A stretch of 64,000 nt of DNA from an uncultured archaeon. Its GTDB lineage: Archaea; Micrarchaeota; Micrarchaeia; Micrarchaeales; CABMGC01. The stretch lies in assembly GCA_963787445.1 (NCBI GenBank), contig CAWBCT010000005.1, forward strand, positions 128,001-192,000, written 5' to 3'. The notes below the pieces were generated by a model. That model searched no databases. It saw only the letters and a list, made by a program, of their open reading frames with translations, and was not told the DNA's origin. Position numbers and translations under genes: made by a program. Shown in pieces: positions 37,210-46,580 of the stretch. The stretch's first letter is position 1. The number at the start of each line of letters is the position of its first letter.

Positions 37210-38502
37210 ATGAACAAGCACAGCGATTTGTTTTTCAATAAGGCGCAGATAGAAAAATTGATAAGAACGCATCCGACGCCGTTTCACATCTATCATGAAC
37301 AACGGATACGCGACAACGCCAGAGCATTGAACAACACATTTTCATGGGCCCCGGGGTTCAGGAATTATTTTGCAGTAAAAAGTCTGCCGAATCCGTATAT
37401 TGTGGAGGTATTAAAGCAAGAGGGTTCTGGTGCCGATTGTAGTTCAGCTCCAGAACTTAAGATAGCCAGCGCAGTTGGTTTGGGGGGGCACGACATAATG
37501 TTCACATCTAACAACACCCCGGCAATCGAATACAAAAAAGCTATGGATCTCGGTGCAGTGATAAATCTTGACGACATAACACACATTCCGTTTCTTGAGT
37601 GGCACGCGGGAATTCCTAAGACTATTTGTTTCAGATATAACCCGGGCAACGTAATAGTTACAAGTGAGGGCAATACCATTGGAAAGCCTCCGGAACAGAA
37701 ATATGGGATGAAGAAAGAGCAGCTCTTTGAAGGTTATAAGATAATGAAGGAAAAGGGGGTTGAACATTTCGGTCTTCATATCATGATACAATCCAACGAA
37801 CGTAACCCAGCTGCATTCATTGCTATAGCAAAGCACGGTTATGAAACAATAGGAGAGTTGTCTAACGCGTTGAAGATACCGTTTGATTTTCTGAACATTG
37901 GGGGTGGATTCGGAATTGCGTACGAGCCGCAGCAGATTTCCGTGGACACAAAGGAAGTTTCTGAGGGGATGAAAATAGATTATGAAAGGTTGGTCGTAGC
38001 AAATGGCCTTGCACCGCTAAAAATCTTTATGGAGAATGGCAGATTTATGACAGGGCCTTTCGGTTATCTTGTTACGACTGCGATTCACGAGAAGCATACT
38101 TATCGGGATTACATCGGGGTTGATGCCTGCATGACCGATCTTCCAAGGCCGGGAATGTATGGAACATATCACCATATCACGGTAATGGGGAAGGAGTACG
38201 CGGTTGAGGACCATAAATACGACATAGTTGGATCGCTATGCGAGAACAACGACAAGTTTGCAATACAAAGAAGCTTCCCAGAGATAGTAGTGGGCGATAT
38301 ACCCGTCTTGCATAATGACGGTGCCCACACCTGGGCCATGGGTTCAAACTATAATGGAAAACTCCGTCATGGAGAACTGTTGTTTAAAGGATACGGACAC
38401 GGTCCAGACAGGGATTTGTTAGTCGAAATTATAAGAAGGGACGAAACCGAACATGATTATTTCGCCACCCTGCACTTCCCTGGATCCAAATTCCCGCTCT
38501 AG
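37210..38502 (+). CDS. lysA: Diaminopimelate decarboxylase
   Basis: PTPFHIY, FAVKSLPN, NIGGGFG, ENGRF, GSLCENND, MGSNYN. Confidence 0.9.
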   Translation: MNKHSDLFFNKAQIEKLIRTHPTPFHIYHEQRIRDNARALNNTFSWAPGFRNYFAVKSLPNPYIVEVLKQEGSGADCSSAPELKIASAVGLGGHDIMFTSNNTPAIEYKKAMDLGAVINLDDITHIPFLEWHAGIPKTICFRYNPGNVIVTSEGNTIGKPPEQKYGMKKEQLFEGYKIMKEKGVEHFGLHIMIQSNERNPAAFIAIAKHGYETIGELSNALKIPFDFLNIGGGFGIAYEPQQISVDTKEVSEGMKIDYERLVVANGLAPLKIFMENGRFMTGPFGYLVTTAIHEKHTYRDYIGVDACMTDLPRPGMYGTYHHITVMGKEYAVEDHKYDIVGSLCENNDKFAIQRSFPEIVVGDIPVLHNDGAHTWAMGSNYNGKLRHGELLFKGYGHGPDRDLLVEIIRRDETEHDYFATLHFPGSKFPL

Positions 38503-38546
38503 CAAAACATCAAGTTTGCTTTTTAGCTTTTTACTTCTCATATCCA

Positions 38547-38912
38547 GTGAACAAGATGGACGAGATCAAGCAGGCAATCATAGTCAGGAAGGACATCAAG
38601 ATGGGCACGGGTAAGCTTGCCGCCCAGGTCGGACACGCAGCAGTGATGGGGTATCTTGACGCAAAGAACAAGGACCCGAAGATAGCCGATGAGTGGATCA
38701 GAACAGGAGAGAAGAAGATAGTCCTGAAGGTTGAGGACGAGAAGGCCCTGAGGAAGCTTTTCACCGCGTTCCAGTACAAGGGGATACCCTCTGCGCTCGT
38801 CACCGACGCAGGCCTCACGCAGCTGCCCCCGGGAACAGTTACGGCGCTGGGGGTGGGGCCCTGGAACGCCAAGGAGATAGAGTTCTTCACCTCGGCACTC
38901 AAGCTCCTCTGA
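38547..38912 (+). CDS. pth2: Peptidyl-tRNA hydrolase Pth2
   Basis: KQAIIVRKD.KMG.GK.AAQV.HA, DAGLTQ, GVGP. Confidence 0.95.
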   Translation: MNKMDEIKQAIIVRKDIKMGTGKLAAQVGHAAVMGYLDAKNKDPKIADEWIRTGEKKIVLKVEDEKALRKLFTAFQYKGIPSALVTDAGLTQLPPGTVTALGVGPWNAKEIEFFTSALKLL

Positions 38913-38963
38913 AGAACAGCTACAATTATATTATAATACACAATATATGTAAACGATGATCTT

Positions 38964-39323
38964 ATGGCACAGCAGACTGCAGCGCAACCGGACGCCTCGG
39001 ACGTGGAGAAGCTATTGAGGGATTACCAGCTGATTCAGGAGCAGCTTCGCTCCGTCGCTATGCAGCTCGAGCAGCTTCAGGCCCAGAAGATGGAGGTGGA
39101 GCGTGCCAAGGATGAGCTCACCAAGTCAACCGGAAAAGTGTACTTCAGCGTAGGCAGTGTCATCGTCGAGACGACCAAGGAGAAGGCCCTCGCGGACGTT
39201 AATGAAAGACACGAGCTCACCACCACAAGGCTGACCTCGTTCAACAAGCAGTACACGGAGATCAGGGCGAAGGAGAAGGCCCTGAACGACAAGCTTACGC
39301 AGATGTACAAGCAAAACAAGTGA
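38964..39323 (+). CDS. pfdB: Prefoldin beta subunit
   Basis: Coiled coil, VYFSVGSVIV hairpin, coiled coil. Confidence 0.9.
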   Translation: MAQQTAAQPDASDVEKLLRDYQLIQEQLRSVAMQLEQLQAQKMEVERAKDELTKSTGKVYFSVGSVIVETTKEKALADVNERHELTTTRLTSFNKQYTEIRAKEKALNDKLTQMYKQNK

Positions 39324-39327
39324 GCTA

Positions 39328-40332
39328 GTGGACGCGTTCCTGGGCTTTTCTGATCTGGAATCTTTCCTTCTGAAAAACAAGGACGCGAAGACGGCGATAA
39401 CCTTCCATTCCATAGGCGACCGGGACGCGGTGGCATCCGCAATCTCATTGTCCCAGATCTTCAGCGACTCGCGGGTGATAATGCCCGACTTCATAACCAA
39501 CAATGCCAAGCACATGCTTGAGCACTCCGGCCATGGGGGCAGAATCGGCACCGCCCTCCCCGGCGGGATCGAACTGGTGGTGGTCGTAGATGCGAACAGG
39601 CTAGAGCTCCTGGGCAACCTGGAGCAGGAGCTCTTCGACTTTGACGGCGACATCCTTTTCATAGACCACCACAGCCTTCCAAGCAACACGGGCTACGGCG
39701 GCAGGATCTTCATCTTCAACGACGAGCAGTACAACTCGGCCTCAAGCATAGTGTACGAGGTCTTGAAAAGGAACTCGGTCAAGATACAGAAGCCGATAGC
39801 CTACATGCTGATCAACGGGATAGTCGCCGACTCGGCCGAGTTCCAGAACTCAAACCCTTTGGTGTTCAAGCAGATCTCGGAGCTTCTGGAGATCTCCGAC
39901 CTGCGCTACAGCGAGGTCGTTGAGACCTCCCACGGGCCCGCTGCCCCGGAGCTGCGCAACAAGATCCTCAGGGATGTCTTCGGGGCTTCCACCGAGGTGT
40001 GCGGGAAGTATCTCCTGGCCTATGGCAGCGCCGATTTCCAGGCGAACACGGCCGCCGAGACGGCGCTTCGCATCGGAGCAGACGCCTCGGTCTTCTGGTC
40101 GCTGCATGAGAAGGAGGTCTCGTTCGCGGGGCGCCTCAAGTCTCCGCTCGACAAGGAACTTGGGCTTCATCTTGGAAAGATTATGGAAGATGCCGGTAAG
40201 ATTATAGAGGGTACAGGAGGGGGACACCCGTGCGCGGCGGGAGCCTACGGGAAGAAGACAGGCGCAGCCGCGGCTGCGCGGGACCAGATCCTGAAGAGCG
40301 TGAGGGAGAGGCTTCGCGCGGGAACCGAGTGA
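39328..40332 (+). CDS. DHH/DHHA1-family phosphoesterase
   Basis: H..GD.DA, VVVD, IDHH, GGGHP.AAG. Confidence 0.9.
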   Translation: MDAFLGFSDLESFLLKNKDAKTAITFHSIGDRDAVASAISLSQIFSDSRVIMPDFITNNAKHMLEHSGHGGRIGTALPGGIELVVVVDANRLELLGNLEQELFDFDGDILFIDHHSLPSNTGYGGRIFIFNDEQYNSASSIVYEVLKRNSVKIQKPIAYMLINGIVADSAEFQNSNPLVFKQISELLEISDLRYSEVVETSHGPAAPELRNKILRDVFGASTEVCGKYLLAYGSADFQANTAAETALRIGADASVFWSLHEKEVSFAGRLKSPLDKELGLHLGKIMEDAGKIIEGTGGGHPCAAGAYGKKTGAAAAARDQILKSVRERLRAGTE

Positions 40333-40336
40333 ATCG

Positions 40337-40576
40337 ATGGGCTGCTCGAACAAAAAGAAGCGCAGGGCAAGTGAAGGAGACGACAAGCTAACGTCGGCAA
40401 TGAAGATACGCAGGCTGCAGAAAGGCTACGGCTCGGTCATAACAGAGCCCATATTCGTCAAGGTTGGAAACAGTTTGGACGATAGGGAAGGGGATGACGA
40501 CTCAACCGCTGCAAGAATACTCATAACGAGCACCATTAACAAATGGGAGATACGCAGAATGGCAAGGCGCGCCTAG
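40337..40576 (+). CDS. Small basic hypothetical protein
   Basis: GTGA-4nt-ATG 4 nt after the DHH stop; fills the gap. Confidence 0.45.
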   Translation: MGCSNKKKRRASEGDDKLTSAMKIRRLQKGYGSVITEPIFVKVGNSLDDREGDDDSTAARILITSTINKWEIRRMARRA

Positions 40577-40581
40577 GCTCG

Positions 40582-41490
40582 CTAGGACAGGCTTATGGTC
40601 ACTATTCCTAGGAAAAGCACGAATATTCCAACGATGAACTCAGGAACGACTATTGAGAGAAGGAATATTGAAAAGAGTGCAACGCCAATTATCTCCAGAC
40701 TCGTCAGTATCTCGGACAGATTAAGATATTTTGCACCCATTTTTCGGACAAGTCTGGTTGCCAAAAAACCAGAGTAGGAGGCTAGAAGAAGAGTTATGGC
40801 AACCCCGAAAGAAAGGAGCAACTCCGTACTCGTTACCTGGCCCATTGTGCTGAAACCGCCTAGGACTAGCCCTCCCAGGATTACAACGAGTAGTATGGTG
40901 AGAAAACTTTTTGTGTTTACAACAATCGGGTCCTCTCCTTTGTAAAGCGGGTAAAAAACAAGGTAGTAACCGGCTGTGAAGAACAGCATTGTGATTACTG
41001 ATGCTATTATTATTGGTATTGAAGCGCTAATGTTGTTGCCATAGAGCGCAAGTGCCTGCAATATTAAGCCCACAAATACAAGCGCCGTGCCTATGAAATA
41101 GAAAACTTTTAACTTCTCCTTCGTCGTTATTTTTATCAAAACCGCCATAAAGACGACGCTGCTGAAGAGCATCGATACTACAAAGGGGTAGTTTGTATTT
41201 CCAATCAGTGTTAGAAGGATTATGTTTCCTACGCCAAACCCGATTCCGGCAAGGATTGGTGAAATTCTTGTTAAAATTGGCCTGTTCTGGTGCTTTTGCT
41301 TTCGAATAAACAGGAACAGGAGTAGGGATAGCAGAACAGCCACCGAATAGGAGATAAGAAGGTATGAAAATATTGGCTTGTTGTTTATCGAAACTAAAAT
41401 GTCAGAGAGTATGGACCACGAAGCCCATGCAAAAGAGGATCCTAGAGCGAGGGCCATCGCCATGGTGATCTTGCTTTTATTCGTAGCCAT
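40582..41490 (-). CDS. EamA/DMT-like 10-TM transporter
   Basis: About 10 hydrophobic helices in two repeats; AT-rich. Confidence 0.7.
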   Translation of the reverse strand: MATNKSKITMAMALALGSSFAWASWSILSDILVSINNKPIFSYLLISYSVAVLLSLLLFLFIRKQKHQNRPILTRISPILAGIGFGVGNIILLTLIGNTNYPFVVSMLFSSVVFMAVLIKITTKEKLKVFYFIGTALVFVGLILQALALYGNNISASIPIIIASVITMLFFTAGYYLVFYPLYKGEDPIVVNTKSFLTILLVVILGGLVLGGFSTMGQVTSTELLLSFGVAITLLLASYSGFLATRLVRKMGAKYLNLSEILTSLEIIGVALFSIFLLSIVVPEFIVGIFVLFLGIVTISLS

Positions 41491-41549
41491 CGGATCAAAT
41501 ACTAGTTAATGGGGGCAAAGACTAAATAGATAAACAGGAATGTCCAACC

Positions 41550-43025
41550 ATGGCGCTTGATAAGAAGAGCTTGAGTGCAATCATACTGATTCTGCTAGTC
41601 GCCGTAGTGGCCGTGGCGTTCCTGTTCGGTGTTCAGAATGCAAAGGTCGGACAGAAAAGCCTGGAGAACGTTGCTGTTCAGATAACCGATCCCCTTTACG
41701 GCCCCAGCTCCGTGAGCTCGCTCAACGTGACCTACAGCTCGCTCGGGCTGGACGTCATGGCGGCCAATGGGAGCAGCTCCTGGTACTACTACAACGCGAG
41801 CGGGAACCTGGACCTACTGGAGCTGCAGAACTACAGCTACACCGTGGCCCAGTTCGGACTTCCGCTGAACTCCACCGTAGACGGGGCGAGGCTCTCCCTC
41901 ACTGGCGTAAACATCTCTATTTACGGCAACGCGGGGAAGGTCTTCCTGACCAACAGCTCGCTCTACGCGCGGCTCAACTCGGTGCCGATCAATGGCAGCG
42001 GCGAGGCCATCCTGCTGCAGCTAAACCCGTCGGTGCTCTCGGTGCAGAACCGGAGCGGCCTTTACTTTGCGGTAACCCCAAGACTTTCCGCGCATTCTGG
42101 AAAGGGAGGCCTCTCGTTCGCGGGCAGCTTTGAGCCGATAAACAGCTCTGTCGGAGCAGGACTCTCCTTCGGCTCTGGCAACCTCACGCTCCTATCCGCG
42201 CAGATAGTTCCCGAGGCGAATGCGACAAGCATCTCGGTCACGGTCAAGAACCAGGGGCTAACCCCGCAAAGGATTGGGCCGATAATGATTGTAGGAAACT
42301 TCAGCTCCCATGGGATCTCCAACTCCACGGCCCTTGCGGCGGTCCTGTCCAGCGTCATCAGCACCAATACGCTCAGCAGCATCTTTTCAGGCAACACACT
42401 TGGCAAATTGAACGCAACCGGCTCCGCCCTAGAGAACCTCAGCAGCTCGATAAACACGAGCGAGCTGACCAAGATAGAGCAGAACCTGCCGGCGGGGGTG
42501 CGCTCGAACCTGAGCGCCGCGGTGAGCAGCGGCGGCGCCGGGATCAGCAGCGCTATCGGCGGACTGCTGGGGCATCTGAACTCCAGTTCGCTGGGCAGCA
42601 TAACCTCCCAGCTCCACCTTGGCTCAAACTTCAGCCTCTCGTCTCTCGGCGGGCTCGCCGGAAGCATCGAGTCGGCGCTGGGCAGCTTCAGGAACAGCTC
42701 GCTGGAGGCGAGCGTGCTTTCCAACGCGGTGCAGAACCAGTACAACCAGTACGTGGCAAAGGCCAAGGTGCTGGGTGAGCAGGAGCGCGCGCTCAACGCA
42801 ATTACGCTGCTTACGCAGGCCAATGGGACCCTTGTTACAGCCTCAACGGCCTCGCAGCTCCTTCCGCAGAACTGGGATCTGCTGCAGCCGGGGCAGACCA
42901 CCACCCTCTCGTTCAACGGCCTCCTGACCAGCTCGGGCAATGGATTCTTCAGCGCGGCCCACAACAATACATATAAAATAATTCTGAGTGGAGATAATAG
43001 TACGTTGAATGTTACGACGCACTGA
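41550..43025 (+). CDS. N-anchored surface protein with DUF4382-like domain and Ser/Gly/Leu-rich insert
   Basis: N-terminal TM, VQITDP, LNVTYSS, LDLLEL; many N-glycosylation sequons. Confidence 0.7.
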   Translation: MALDKKSLSAIILILLVAVVAVAFLFGVQNAKVGQKSLENVAVQITDPLYGPSSVSSLNVTYSSLGLDVMAANGSSSWYYYNASGNLDLLELQNYSYTVAQFGLPLNSTVDGARLSLTGVNISIYGNAGKVFLTNSSLYARLNSVPINGSGEAILLQLNPSVLSVQNRSGLYFAVTPRLSAHSGKGGLSFAGSFEPINSSVGAGLSFGSGNLTLLSAQIVPEANATSISVTVKNQGLTPQRIGPIMIVGNFSSHGISNSTALAAVLSSVISTNTLSSIFSGNTLGKLNATGSALENLSSSINTSELTKIEQNLPAGVRSNLSAAVSSGGAGISSAIGGLLGHLNSSSLGSITSQLHLGSNFSLSSLGGLAGSIESALGSFRNSSLEASVLSNAVQNQYNQYVAKAKVLGEQERALNAITLLTQANGTLVTASTASQLLPQNWDLLQPGQTTTLSFNGLLTSSGNGFFSAAHNNTYKIILSGDNSTLNVTTH

Positions 43026-43033
43026 GTGATTGA

Positions 43034-43447
43034 ATGGGATTATTTGACTTATTCGGGAAGAAGGATGTTAATGCGGGGCTCTCAAAGCAGGTGCCGTACA
43101 TGCTGAAGACCGAGTTCGTCCCCTACCGGCTCAAGTCCAAGGAGAGAAGCTCGTCGGTTCTCTCCATCGGCCTGAAGAACATGACCGGAGAACCGGTCAT
43201 GGGTTCCGTGGTGGTCGAGGTCCCGAAGCAGCTCAGCTTTGACTCGATGGGCACCTCAAAGCAAAGGGAGGTCAAGTTCGGCACCATCGGGAAGGACGAG
43301 GAGAGGGTGACCTCCCTAGAGATCTACGGGGGCGTGGGAACCGACAAGGGCACCTACACGGTCACCATAACCGCGTTCGTGCACTACCGCGACTACGGCC
43401 ACGTGCTCAACGAGATGCGAAAGCGCACCGTCCTTGAAGCGGTCTAG
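43034..43447 (+). CDS. Beta-rich (Ig-like) hypothetical protein
   Basis: Alternating beta pattern; N-terminal MGLFDLFGKK amphipathic segment. Confidence 0.7.
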   Translation: MGLFDLFGKKDVNAGLSKQVPYMLKTEFVPYRLKSKERSSSVLSIGLKNMTGEPVMGSVVVEVPKQLSFDSMGTSKQREVKFGTIGKDEERVTSLEIYGGVGTDKGTYTVTITAFVHYRDYGHVLNEMRKRTVLEAV

Positions 43448-43776
43448 GCTGCCGGCGGCTGCTTGACTTCAGGCTCGACAGGCACCTTTCCAGACATTAT
43501 TTTGAGGACCTCATCAATTCCCGAGGCTATCTTCTTGCCCTTATCGGTGAGGAAGAGCCCCTTTTTCTTTCCGCGCTGCTCCGCGCGCACTAGTCCCTCC
43601 ACCTCACACTGGCTTATGAAGCGGCTAGCGTGGACGTAGGTGGCTCCCGCCTCCTTCGCAAGCTCAGACAGGCCGCGCTGCTTTGCTTCATCCAGTAAAA
43701 GGACTAGAATCTTTGCCTGTTTCTCTTTGAAAAGCAGCTTTGAGGGCTCCGGCTCTGCCATGACTCTCTTACTCAT
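43444..43776 (-). CDS. Winged-helix transcriptional regulator
   Basis: LSELAKEAGATYVHAS..GLV..RGKKK.LFLTDKG. Confidence 0.8.
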   Translation of the reverse strand: MSKRVMAEPEPSKLLFKEKQAKILVLLLDEAKQRGLSELAKEAGATYVHASRFISQCEVEGLVRAEQRGKKKGLFLTDKGKKIASGIDEVLKIMSGKVPVEPEVKQPPAA

Positions 43777-43932
43777 AGCGTATTTTTATCCTTTCTGATG
43801 CCCGGGATTTGCGGGAAAACAGCCCAGAAATCCTTAAAACAGGGTTAAGACGAGAGTAAACTACTCTGCTAATTTTTAAGATAGATATATAAATAATACG
43901 TCATCATATATTTTGAAACGCACGGTGTTTGA

Positions 43933-44185
43933 ATGGTAAAATATGTTATAGCGGAACAGCTTGTAGGCAAAGAGGTCGTGACTAGCGATGGATTCGATTT
44001 AGGCAAGTTTATCGATGCTGAAGTTAACGAAGTGAACGGGAAGCTTAACCTCTCTCATAGTCGAGCCGAACGTGGACAGCGATCTGGTCAGCAAGCTAAA
44101 CGTGAAGGGCGGGAAGCTAAGCGTGCCGTACTCAAACGTTCTTGCGGTTAACGACTTCATCGTTGTAGAGAGGAAGGGACTCTAA
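43933..44185 (+). CDS. PRC-barrel protein (CdpB-like) with a single +1 frameshift at about 44045
   Basis: LVGKEVVTSDG..LG...D.EVN...GKL continues in the +1 frame as TSLIVEP..VPYSNVLAVNDFIVV; 83 aa when joined. Confidence 0.8.
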
Positions 44186-44202
44186 AATAATAGGGTGATC
44201 TT

Positions 44203-44916
44203 ATAATCATCGCCGGCGGGGATGAAGCCGGAAGGGGCGCAGTGGTAGGCCCTCTAGTTGTTAGCACCGTAAGCGTGAGCAAGGGAAAGGAGGGCAAGTT
44301 CTCCAAGATCGGGGTAAGGGACTCAAAGCTCCTGACAAGCAGGAAGCGTCTTTTTCTTTATGATGAGATTTACTCCATAGCGGAGGAAGTCAAGGTATAC
44401 AAGATAGCCCCCCTTGAGATCAACGAGGCGATGCGAAACAAGATCTCGATTAACGAGCTTGAGGCGCTCAACTTCGCGCGCTTGATAGACTCCCTGGTGG
44501 TTATACCATCAAAAATCTTCCTGGACTCACCTGACGTGATATCCGAAAGGTTTGGGACAAGAGTTGGCTTCTTCTGCAAGAGCGCGCGTCTCGTAAGCAG
44601 TGGAACGCGCAGGTCAAAGGATGATAAAAGTTCGGCGCAGAGCATACAGGTGGTGTCGGAGCACAAGGCCGATGCGCGCTATCCGGTTGTTTCCGCAGCA
44701 AGCATCATAGCAAAAGTCGTAAGGGACAAGGAGATGGAGAGGATCTCGGACAAGACCGGGATAGAGATAGGCTCTGGTTATCCTTCAGACAGGTACACGG
44801 TGGATGCAATACGGAAACATCTGGGCACGAACAACCTTGAGCCGTACTTGAGGAGCTACTGGAAGACTCTCAAGAACATACGCCAGTTGAAAATTGAGGA
44901 GTTCCTCGCCAAATAG
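44203..44916 (+). CDS. rnhB: Ribonuclease HII, probable ATA start
   Basis: IIAGGDEAGRG.VVGPL, RDSK.L, EHKAD, SAASIIAKV.RD, GSGYPSD. Confidence 0.93.
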   Translation: MIIAGGDEAGRGAVVGPLVVSTVSVSKGKEGKFSKIGVRDSKLLTSRKRLFLYDEIYSIAEEVKVYKIAPLEINEAMRNKISINELEALNFARLIDSLVVIPSKIFLDSPDVISERFGTRVGFFCKSARLVSSGTRRSKDDKSSAQSIQVVSEHKADARYPVVSAASIIAKVVRDKEMERISDKTGIEIGSGYPSDRYTVDAIRKHLGTNNLEPYLRSYWKTLKNIRQLKIEEFLAK

Positions 44917-45031
44917 GACAAATTTGCAGCCTAATCCTTCTTGTAGGCAGAAAACCGAAATCAAAACCGAAAGAAAACCGAACTTGCACATAAGGTATTT
45001 AATAGCCAAGGCAAATGTCATACTGGTGTAG

Positions 45032-46537
45032 ATGAGCAGTTTCGGCAAAACCAAGAAGGAGATAATAGGCCTTCTCTCAAAGCGTCAGCAGACGCTTACG
45101 GATCTGAGCAAGGAGCTTGACCTTTCGCCATCTACTGTAAAGCAGCACCTCGAAGAGCTTGAGGCGGCTGGTGCGATACTGCCTGTTGAGAACGAGTTCA
45201 TCAGAAGGTGGAAGTACTACAAGCCCAATCCAGAATTTGGAATGGCGGCAGCGAACCAGGGACAAGGCGGGATTGGTCGCGTCTTCCCGTACGCAGTTGG
45301 CGCGGCAATAATAATTGGGATAGCTTACTTACTGGTGTTCGGATTCTCCGGGCACGGCCTGCTTAATTCAGCGGTAACAAATAATGGGACATCGGCTACC
45401 TCGCTGATGTCGGTGCGCCTTACAGACCCGCCGAGCGTACCACCCGGCACAGATGCGCTTTACATCAGGTACTCCTCGGTCGAACTCCACGTTGTGGGCA
45501 ACAACACCTGGGTAAGGACCAATGGTAATGGCACTCTGGACCTTATGTCATTGATCAACTCAAGCCAGGTGATAAGCAACGCCTATCTCGGCAGCAATGC
45601 GATGATAGACGGGGTGAGACTGAACGTCACGAACGCAACAATAAACATAAACAGCACGGATTACGGCGTAAGCGTGGCGAACCCGAACCTGAAGGCAACC
45701 TTCAGTCAGCCCGAGATGGTCGGGCTGAACCAGAGCGTCCTGCTGGACTTCTCACCCACGGTTGCAACAGTGTACGGCATAAATGGCACTTCCTTTGTTC
45801 TAGTTCCGGCACTTAAAGCCGTGTTCTCGTCTGGCGGGACTAGAGCTCCAGGAAAGATAGGCACGGTCACCTCTCTCGAGATAGGGGAGAGGACCGAGCT
45901 TTATGAGGAGCAGCCAAACCTTACGGTTCTGAACGCCTCACTCGTCTCTGTTCCATCTGGAGTGGAGCCAAGCAACCAGATGATAAGATTGACCTTAAGA
46001 AACAACGGAAATTCAACAGTCGATATTACACAGGTAATAATCCAGGGCAACTTGCAGTTCTACCTGAATGCAAAAATGCAGCAGCCCGCTGTGCCTCCTT
46101 CACTTTCAACAACATCAGTACATGGATGGAAAAGGGCGAACATGGGAACATTCAGCGGCGGACAAGAGTATGGGGATGGCAGGACCAACATAAGCATACC
46201 ATGGATGCCGACGCCGTTTCCTGTATCGCCGGTCGGGCCTGCGCTAAGAGTTGGACAGAACTTCAGCATCAACAACACCGCATTCCGCGGAGTGGGCGGG
46301 ATGCTGATGTTCGGCGTTGAGGCGAACGGCACGCTTAGTTTGCCAGGAAACAAGATGGCATTCATAAGTTCGGGCTACCAGCTGCAGCCAGGGCAGAGCG
46401 TCACGCTTACATTCAACGGCACGATAGGCTTCCCGGAGGGAGGGATTGAGATAGGGCTCGTTCCTAACGACACCTACCGTGCGGTGGTAGTCTCTTCACT
46501 GTGCCCTGTCGCTAACTTTAACCTGAAGGCGCAGTGA
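45032..46537 (+). CDS. ArsR-type wHTH - TM - DUF4382-like ectodomain (membrane one-component regulator)
   Basis: TLTDLSKELDLSPSTVKQHL.EL...G, then a TM at about aa 85-105, then VRLTDPP..LYIRYSSVELH..LDLMSL. Confidence 0.8.
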   Translation: MSSFGKTKKEIIGLLSKRQQTLTDLSKELDLSPSTVKQHLEELEAAGAILPVENEFIRRWKYYKPNPEFGMAAANQGQGGIGRVFPYAVGAAIIIGIAYLLVFGFSGHGLLNSAVTNNGTSATSLMSVRLTDPPSVPPGTDALYIRYSSVELHVVGNNTWVRTNGNGTLDLMSLINSSQVISNAYLGSNAMIDGVRLNVTNATININSTDYGVSVANPNLKATFSQPEMVGLNQSVLLDFSPTVATVYGINGTSFVLVPALKAVFSSGGTRAPGKIGTVTSLEIGERTELYEEQPNLTVLNASLVSVPSGVEPSNQMIRLTLRNNGNSTVDITQVIIQGNLQFYLNAKMQQPAVPPSLSTTSVHGWKRANMGTFSGGQEYGDGRTNISIPWMPTPFPVSPVGPALRVGQNFSINNTAFRGVGGMLMFGVEANGTLSLPGNKMAFISSGYQLQPGQSVTLTFNGTIGFPEGGIEIGLVPNDTYRAVVVSSLCPVANFNLKAQ

Positions 46538-46580
46538 AGGCATAGGAACAGATTTAAACACTGTAGTATTAACTTAATCC

